From a virus, in the IMG/VR virus record IMGVR_UViG_3300025381_000002: a stretch of 59,707 bases of DNA; one strand, written 5' to 3'. The translations under genes and the position numbers were made by a program. Positions 34,698-40,124 of this stretch are shown piece by piece. Below the pieces are notes generated by a model. That model was not told the DNA's origin. It worked only from the letters and a program-made list of their open reading frames with translations, and did not search any database. Within the stretch, counting starts at the first letter, position 1. The number at the start of each line of letters is the position of its first letter.

Positions 34698-34949
34698 TAA
34701 AGGCTCACGCTTGGGTGTTGTGTAGAGTGGTGTTATTTGATAGAGGTACATATCAGCGCCCTCTGGTTCTGTTTTCCTTAGTTCTGTGTATGAGCTATCC
34801 TTACTGCTCAATAACCAAGCCACAGGCTTTTGCTCAGGTTGGGCGAGCGGTTTGTCTATTCGATCTAATAGCCTTTTACTAGAGACAATAACTTTGTTGT
34901 CGATAAAAAAATAGCATTCTTGCAGGAGCTCTCTTTCTTCACTCATCAT
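34587..34949 (-). CDS. Early paralog family member 2
   Basis: MMSEERELLQ...LAQPEQKPVAW...TPLYTTPKREPLSNEWLEDNIGLIHRDVSFTDLVRGVEKAHGIGVDDE. Confidence 0.6.
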   Translation of the reverse strand: MMSEERELLQECYFFIDNKVIVSSKRLLDRIDKPLAQPEQKPVAWLLSSKDSSYTELRKTEPEGADMYLYQITPLYTTPKREPLSNEWLEDNIGLIHRDVSFTDLVRGVEKAHGIGVDDE

Positions 34950-35049
34950 CTACTCCAATACCGTGTGCTTTTTCAACACCTCTAACTAAATCAGTAAAAG
35001 AAACGTCCCTATGGATAAAACCTATATTATCCTTAATCCATTCATCACT
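34934..35049 (-). repeat. Copy 2 of the ~116-bp dispersed repeat
   Basis: See copy 1. It encodes the ...IHRDVSFTDLVRGVEKAHGIGVDDE tail plus the next gene start. Confidence 0.9.
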
Positions 35050-35236
35050 CATATCTTAACCCTCTTAACCCTATATTATCCCCAAACCATTCATCACTCA
35101 AAGGCTTACGGGTTGGTGACTCTTGCTCAGGTTGGGCGAGCAGTTCTTCTATCTCATCGCACAATGAAGAGTAGTTATCCCTGTCACCGTCTAAATCTTC
35201 CCAAATCTTCTTCAACAGCTCTCTTTCTTTGCTCAT
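34939..35236 (-). pseudogene. Split/disrupted third member of the early paralog family
   Basis: 35045..35236 encodes MSKERELLKK...LAQPEQESPTRKPLSDEWFGDNIGL, then stops after RGLRYE. 34939..35052 restarts at MSDEWIKDNIGFIHRDVSFTDLVRGVEKAHGIGVDDE. An imperfect ~31-bp direct repeat (cctatattatcc..ccattcatcactca) flanks the break. Confidence 0.5.
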
Positions 35237-35640
35237 ATCTTCACCTTCTTAACAGCTCGCACGTAGTAGTTGTCAGTCTTGAAGTTGGCGCTCTGCGTGC
35301 CAGTGCCAAAATTCTGCTTCCAAACGTTCGCAGCATTGTACTCGGTACTGGAGCAGTACCATTCTGGTTTAAACAACGGCCTGTTGGCCTCATTAAGATA
35401 TGCTAGTAAAAGTACTTCTCTAGGTGGTAACTCCCCACCTACTGACTTGCACCAAGCCTTAGCCTCTTCCCAATTCATTTCTTCATAGGCTCCCTGCCCC
35501 AACAGCCAGCGATAACCGTTTATTTCACAAATTACTGGAGCGTCACCCCAGTTAAAACTTGGATTGGATTCTTCTTGGTTTATTAAAAATAGCACATGTT
35601 CTAGCGTGCCTCTTAGTTTATATAGATCTAATTTTTTCAT
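35233..35640 (-). CDS. DUF1566 (Lcl C-terminal-like) domain protein
   Basis: MNWEEAKAWCKSVGGELPPREVLLLAY...WYCSSTEY fits the DUF1566 pattern. Confidence 0.55.
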   Translation of the reverse strand: MKKLDLYKLRGTLEHVLFLINQEESNPSFNWGDAPVICEINGYRWLLGQGAYEEMNWEEAKAWCKSVGGELPPREVLLLAYLNEANRPLFKPEWYCSSTEYNAANVWKQNFGTGTQSANFKTDNYYVRAVKKVKI

Positions 35641-36191
35641 AACTTAATCTCCAATAATGATTTGACACCATAGCTAGCACATAGTCTTTTGCTAGTTGTT
35701 TCTTGTTGCAATCGCAGGGTATGCCGCTCGATGTGAGCGCAGTTTACTACCCAGTTTACTAACAACATAACCTCTTTAGTTAGCGTTATCCCGTTGTTGC
35801 TGTGCTCCCGTCCCGTGATAGCCAGTTGCGTTAACACCTCTTTATATTGTTGCATCCACTCTTTTATTTGAAATAGATCGTATAGCTCTGCTCCATCTAA
35901 TCTTAAATGCGTGTACTTAGGCATGTTATATCTAGCATCTTTACTTATCGCTCTAGTTTTTGGCATTGTTAGCTCCAGCATATCCGCCACTTCTTTGATT
36001 GTCAGTGTGTTAGCCGCTTGTGGTACTTTCTTTGTTACAGGTAGCCCCCTTGCTTTCATTTCAGCTTCTATCGCTTTTCTTTTCGCTATATTGGCATAGG
36101 TTCTGGAGTTACACTTTTCTTTATTAGCCTTGTAATATTCTTTAGCGTATTCCCTTGCATATAATTTAGCGTCGTCTAATGCTCGGCTCAT
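35637..36191 (-). CDS. Hypothetical protein, possible DNA-binding
   Basis: 184 aa with an HTH-like stretch, LTIKEVADMLELTMPKTRAISKD. Confidence 0.45.
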   Translation of the reverse strand: MSRALDDAKLYAREYAKEYYKANKEKCNSRTYANIAKRKAIEAEMKARGLPVTKKVPQAANTLTIKEVADMLELTMPKTRAISKDARYNMPKYTHLRLDGAELYDLFQIKEWMQQYKEVLTQLAITGREHSNNGITLTKEVMLLVNWVVNCAHIERHTLRLQQETTSKRLCASYGVKSLLEIKL

Positions 36192-36248
36192 TTTCTTTCT
36201 CCGTATTTTAGTTCTATATTCGTCATTTCTTTCTCCGTAGTTATTGCC

Positions 36249-37238
36249 CTAGTCATCTATAGCCCCCAAGTCAAATTTAGCACATCTAAAGCCCCTAAAG
36301 CCGATATACTTCTGGCAGGTCTCAAGGTATCGCTTGTCGTGTTTATACCCCAAGATGTCATTGTTATAGACACCCGCTTTGATGATACTTATCGGCACGT
36401 ATAAGTGCTTATATGCGTTCTCACCGTCCTTATCCTCACCTTGTTCATACCTGCCGATCCACTCCGATTTGTCCATAGGCGGGATATATTCGCGCTCCTG
36501 CAATGTAAAATTGCCCCGCTCATCTTGGACAAACTTCCTGATAAGTTTATATATCGCCTCACTATCTTTAGTGATTAGCTCGTCAAGCCCCGTGCATCTT
36601 ATGCACGCGATATGGACAGCTTTTTTAGGCGCACTAGGCCGCCTTTCCGCTCTTACCTTAGATCTGCGTCCAAGACTGAGCATGTTATAGGCTTCTTCAT
36701 ACGTCCGCTTAGCATCTTTAATATACTTATGCAGTTCTTCGTATATCGGCAAGTGTCCGTATGCTTCGCGCCAGTTACCCACCTGATCGTTGAAGTTAGC
36801 TAACTTGCCTGCTACTTCACCCGCTTGTTTTTGATACCTAATGCGCTTATGCACGGTAAGCGGTCTGCCTCGTCTTGGTCTAATTCTTTTTAAGCTATCA
36901 TCCACGTCATCTGCGCTTTGTTCTGACACGGGGATTAAGTCAAACGCCACGCAGTTAACCGCACCTTCTACTTTTCCAGTCCCCGCCGCCATGCGTTTAA
37001 GCAATGTCCCCCTGTATGATGGCAGCTTGCGCCATTCAATTAAGCTAGCTATTAGTCCAGCGGCTGTTAGAAAGCGAGTATCTATATAGAGCATCTTCTG
37101 CTCTACCTCTAGTCTTATGTAGATGTTTTCGGGAATGCCATGCGTTTTTTGCATTTCTCCCTTGCACTTCTTGTGAATCGTCAGCACGTGAGCTGGGAAC
37201 TCGTGTAAAAGTTCCGTCGGGTCTTTTATCATTTCCAT
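36249..37238 (-). CDS. Hypothetical early protein
   Basis: A 329-aa ORF in which I recognised no motif. Confidence 0.55.
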   Translation of the reverse strand: MEMIKDPTELLHEFPAHVLTIHKKCKGEMQKTHGIPENIYIRLEVEQKMLYIDTRFLTAAGLIASLIEWRKLPSYRGTLLKRMAAGTGKVEGAVNCVAFDLIPVSEQSADDVDDSLKRIRPRRGRPLTVHKRIRYQKQAGEVAGKLANFNDQVGNWREAYGHLPIYEELHKYIKDAKRTYEEAYNMLSLGRRSKVRAERRPSAPKKAVHIACIRCTGLDELITKDSEAIYKLIRKFVQDERGNFTLQEREYIPPMDKSEWIGRYEQGEDKDGENAYKHLYVPISIIKAGVYNNDILGYKHDKRYLETCQKYIGFRGFRCAKFDLGAIDD

Positions 37239-37266
37239 TTTAAATCCTTTGCGGGTATTGCTAAGT

Positions 37267-37556
37267 TTAGTGTTTGTTGCCCATTGGCAGTTGATAGCTT
37301 TGGCTTGCCCCTGAGCTATAAGTACTTAGGTTTTGGTTTTGGTTCGGTACAGGCACAGGCACTGGTTCTAGTTCGTTAAGCTCATATATGTGACCCTCAC
37401 CTTTTAAGTCATTTATAATGACAAACTTACCCGACTTGGTATTCTTAAGCTCCACGTGGTTCTCGTGGTTTGCTTTAAAATAAGTGTGGTATGCCACCCC
37501 ACCTGATGCGAAGGCTGCTACTAGAGCAATTGCTCTTATTATGTTTACATTATTCA
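37267..37556 (-). CDS. Membrane-anchored early protein
   Basis: I prefer the ATG at 37557-37555, with GGAG 9 nt upstream. The ORF track extends to a TTG at 37572. The protein has an N-terminal TM segment, IIRAIALVAAFASGGVAY. Confidence 0.5.
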
Positions 37557-37574
37557 TTTTTTTATTCTCCAAGA

Positions 37575-37609
37575 GTTGTGGCGGGCATTACTGCCCACCT
37601 GATTAGTTT
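37575..37609 (-). promoter_or_regulatory. Conserved intergenic hairpin element, copy A
   Basis: gttgtggcgggcattactgcccacctgattagttt. The 8-bp stem is complete only in the minus-strand RNA, where it forms a G-U pair (a C-A mismatch on the plus strand). It lies immediately 5' of the SD and ATG. Confidence 0.5.
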
Positions 37610-37969
37610 TTATACTTTTATCATGTCATAATTTGCTGCATATTCCCAAGACGTTAGGCGCGGCACTAGGTCAAAGACTTCAAGCCCAACGGCCTGAAAA
37701 GAAGGGGCACCACCTTCTGGGGCTCTGTTGGCATTTTCAAACACGCCTATTCGATAAGCGGTAGAAAGCTTAAGGGCTAGTGCGGGATGCACTACAATAA
37801 CCCCCTCAAAAACCCCTTGATCACACACGGCTTTAATCAGGTCGTGATTAGCTGCGAACGCATCAAGGTCAGTGCCTTGATGCAAGGTAATCCCCGCTTT
37901 GAGTGCTAGAGCATGTTGCTCTGGGGTTATGTTGTGTCTTGAACACATTAAAAAGTTCTGCATTTCCAT
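37610..37969 (-). CDS. First early gene, hypothetical protein
   Basis: I prefer the ATG at 37969-37967, with GAGGA 7 nt upstream. The ORF track starts at a GTG (37996) that lies inside the upstream hairpin. Confidence 0.5.
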   Translation of the reverse strand: MEMQNFLMCSRHNITPEQHALALKAGITLHQGTDLDAFAANHDLIKAVCDQGVFEGVIVVHPALALKLSTAYRIGVFENANRAPEGGAPSFQAVGLEVFDLVPRLTSWEYAANYDMIKV

Positions 37970-37982
37970 TTTTTTATCCTCG

Positions 37983-38016
37983 GTTGTGGCGGGCACATTG
38001 CCCGCCTGTTTAGTTT
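37983..38016 (-). promoter_or_regulatory. Conserved hairpin element, copy B (leader of the early unit)
   Basis: gttgtggcgggcacattgcccgcctgtttagttt has a perfect 8-bp stem, ggcgggca/tgcccgcc. The flanks match copy A. Confidence 0.5.
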
Positions 38017-38050
38017 AATTAAATTTAAAGTCAGTTAAATTGCTGGCTCG

Positions 38051-38101
38051 TGTAAAAATATATCATGTAAAAATAAAATTACAAAGCTTTTTGTAAAAAT
38101 A
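38051..38101. promoter_or_regulatory. Three TGTAAAAATA boxes upstream of the early unit
   Basis: Exact 10-mers at 38051, 38066 and 38092. On the minus strand each reads TATTTTTACA and contains a -35-like TTTACA. Confidence 0.35.
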
Positions 38102-38208
38102 AATCTAAAATATTTTATCTACTATCCCGTTTTTATTTTATCTTTTGTCTACTATATTGTTTATATTGCGCTTTTTTTGACACAAGCTTGTAGTTTTTAT
38201 ATCTTTTT

Positions 38209-38390
38209 TTATACTGACTTGGTTTGATAGTGCGCTATCTTTTACAAGCTTGTCAGCTTTATATCTTTTTATTTACTGACTTGTTAGTGATAGCTTTTTT
38301 TTACACTGACTTGTATATGATAGCTTTTTTTTATACTGACTTGTATATGATAGCTTTTTTTTATACTGACTTGTACATGATATAACGCTC
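38209..38390. repeat. Iteron-like array: five copies of TT(A/T)(T/C)ACTGACTTG-N6-GATA(G/T), four of them in 30-bp tandem register
   Basis: Copies start near 38209, 38272, 38301, 38331 and 38361. Two are identical (38331-38360 and 38301-38330 differ by 1 nt). A second interleaved repeat, acaagcttgt.ag.ttt.atatcttttt, occurs at 38182 and 38244. Confidence 0.85.
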
Positions 38391-38539
38391 GATATAAGCT
38401 CACTAAAATGTAAAAAATTGATAGGTGATTGATTTTACTCAAAATATCAGTTTTTTTGAGCTTACAAAATACTTTAGCGACGCATAGCCCGCGGCTAACG
38501 CTGTCCGTAGAGCATCGTATGATGCTATAAATAGAGTGA

Positions 38540-38802
38540 TTTTTTTAGCTTATAAATAGCTTTTTGTTCTAAGCATTTGATTGATAAATTGTTTTTGAGT
38601 TTATGAAGTAGCATTTTTATTATATTAAAGATTAAGGTTACCTTTAGATAAGAAAAGAAAAAAATGAAAAGGGGTAAAAAATAAAAAATTTCTTTAGAGT
38701 ATAGTTATTTATTTATATAATATTTTTAATAATAATATAAGAGAGAGAAACGGAGTGAAATCAAGTGCTTGCGCAAAAAAGCTATTTATAAGCTAAAAAA
38801 AA
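38540..38802. repeat. 25-bp inverted repeats flanking a ~210-bp extremely A/T-rich segment
   Basis: Left arm ttttttagcttataaatagcttttt (38541-38565). Right arm aaaaagctatttataagctaaaaaa (38776-38800). Weaker complementarity extends outward (cgtatgatg / catcatacg). Confidence 0.85.
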
Positions 38803-38918
38803 TGCAGTGCATATATCATCATACGAGTGTTTACAAGTCATGCGTGGAGCGTTCTATCATGCGCTAATATCTTTTTTTAGCCTAATAACCACGCTTTTTG
38901 TGTAGTCTTTAACAACTT

Positions 38919-38990
38919 GCATCACACTTGCTTTGCATCACACTTGCTTTGCATCACACTTGCTTTGCATCACACTTGCTTTGCATCACT
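38919..38990. repeat. 16-bp tandem repeat (gcatcacacttgcttt) x4.5
   Basis: Four exact copies at 38919-38982 plus a partial copy. Confidence 0.95.
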
Positions 38991-39125
38991 CAAAAACAAA
39001 AAACGCGATTTAAGACACGATAATATAAAACAGGTAGGTCAGCATAGCTCTAAGCGTAATCGAGGCGTAAAGATAGTGCTTGCTTGCTCTAAGCGTATAG
39101 TCTGCCTTGCTTGCCTGCTTGCTCT

Positions 39126-39171
39126 ATCAAATCAAATCAAATCAAATAAAATCAAATCAAATAAAATCAAA
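39126..39171. repeat. Pentanucleotide (atcaa/ataaa) tract
   Basis: atcaaatcaaatcaaatcaaataaaatcaaatcaaataaaatcaaa. Confidence 0.9.
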
Positions 39172-39180
39172 CACTTAGAG

Positions 39181-39259
39181 CAAAGCGGGCAAAGCGGGCA
39201 AAGCGGGCAAAGCGGGCAAAGCGGGCAAAGCGGGCAAAGCGGGCAAAGCGGGCAAAGCG
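39181..39259. repeat. 9-bp tandem repeat (caaagcggg) x8 plus a partial copy, followed by a C-rich tract
   Basis: Eight exact units at 39181-39252, then caaagcgc and acccccacccccc. Confidence 0.95.
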
Positions 39260-39327
39260 CACCCCCACCCCCCTAAAATCTCAAGTAGGAGTCCCTGCCT
39301 AGCCTATACACTGTTTTACTCACTAAA

Positions 39328-39431
39328 CCACATAAAATTATTGCAAAATTTAAAAACAATAATTAGCTAGACTCAGCTGCCACATAAAATTATTGCAAAA
39401 TTTAAAAACCATAATTGACTAGACTCAGCCG
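39328..39431. repeat. 52-bp direct tandem duplication, each copy ending ACTCAGC(T/C)G
   Basis: ccacataaaattattgcaaaatttaaaaac.ataatt..ctagactcagc.g occurs twice (39328-39379, 39380-39431). A third ACTCAGCCGCC is at 39459-39469. Confidence 0.9.
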
Positions 39432-39536
39432 CTAAAAATAAATAGTTCAAACTCCAATACTCAGCCGCCAAAAATATAAAACACCCCCCGTCACTTTTTA
39501 AAAACACATTTTGAAAAATTTTTATAAAAATTTTAA

Positions 39537-39564
39537 TTGACCTTTTGCTTGTGCTTGATGTAAT
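39537..39564 (+). promoter_or_regulatory. Candidate sigma70-type promoter for the late unit
   Basis: TTGACC (39537-39542), a 16-nt spacer, then TGTAAT (39559-39564). There is an A/T-rich tract upstream, and the first late ATG is 36 nt downstream. Confidence 0.4.
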
Positions 39565-39599
39565 CTGAAGGTCACCGTAAGCTACCTGTTTTGCACACC

Positions 39600-40124
39600 A
39601 TGACAAAACGCAAAAATAATCTTTTTGAAGATTTCTCTGTTCCACTAGGGATGCCTAGTGCTGATCCGCAAAAAGTTTTTGCCGATATAAATTTCCAAGC
39701 TCAAAACCATCCTGACGATATACCACTGACCCCAACTCAAGAAGATAAAACTTGGGCTGAACAAACAGTGCAGACAGGAACTAAAACCACACCAGCGCCA
39801 TCTCTCGCTGCTGAAAAATACTTAAAGTCTCATTTTAGCCAGTACAACTTTGACCTGCCCACTACTCAAGGACAATGGCAAAACTTTGTGCTTACTAAGC
39901 TTGTAGGACAAGCAAATGATCCTGATCCAAAAATAAGTAAGCCCGCTTTAGACACGCTAGCTAAAACAAGTACCGTTGGATTAATGGTAGAGCGCACAGA
40001 GTTAAGCATTACCCACAAATCAAGTGACGAGTTAGAAAAAACCTTGCGTCAGGCTATGCAGCGCTATTTAAATAAATCTTCAAGTAATGAAAGGGACATA
40101 GAAGGGGAAGTTATCCGTGCTTGA
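39600..40124 (+). CDS. Candidate small terminase subunit
   Basis: Called by position only: it is the first late gene and overlaps the TerL start. I prefer the ATG at 39600; the ORF track starts at a TTG at 39591. Confidence 0.35.
   Translation: MTKRKNNLFEDFSVPLGMPSADPQKVFADINFQAQNHPDDIPLTPTQEDKTWAEQTVQTGTKTTPAPSLAAEKYLKSHFSQYNFDLPTTQGQWQNFVLTKLVGQANDPDPKISKPALDTLAKTSTVGLMVERTELSITHKSSDELEKTLRQAMQRYLNKSSSNERDIEGEVIRA

Noticed and set aside
38272-38390. Possible CRISPR array (regular 30-bp repeats)
   Set aside because: The repeat units are contiguous with no unique spacers. There are no cas genes, and the units are A/T-rich and non-palindromic. They fit iterons or operator sites better.
38400-38540. 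Possible tRNA or small RNA gene in the hub (GC-richer patch gcgacgcatagcccgcggctaacgctgtccgtagagcatcg)
   Set aside because: I could not fold it into a cloverleaf with acceptor and T-arm features. It shows only short local hairpins. A non-coding transcript cannot be excluded without RNA data.
38917-39276. 119-aa plus-strand ORF ending in (SGQ)n and PPPP
   Set aside because: The translation simply spells out the 16-mer, pentamer and 9-mer tandem repeats. There is no RBS, and it lies in the non-coding hub.
39373-39645. 90-aa minus-strand ORF over the 52-bp duplication and late promoter
   Set aside because: The low-complexity A/T-rich translation runs antisense into the first late gene, and there is no start context.
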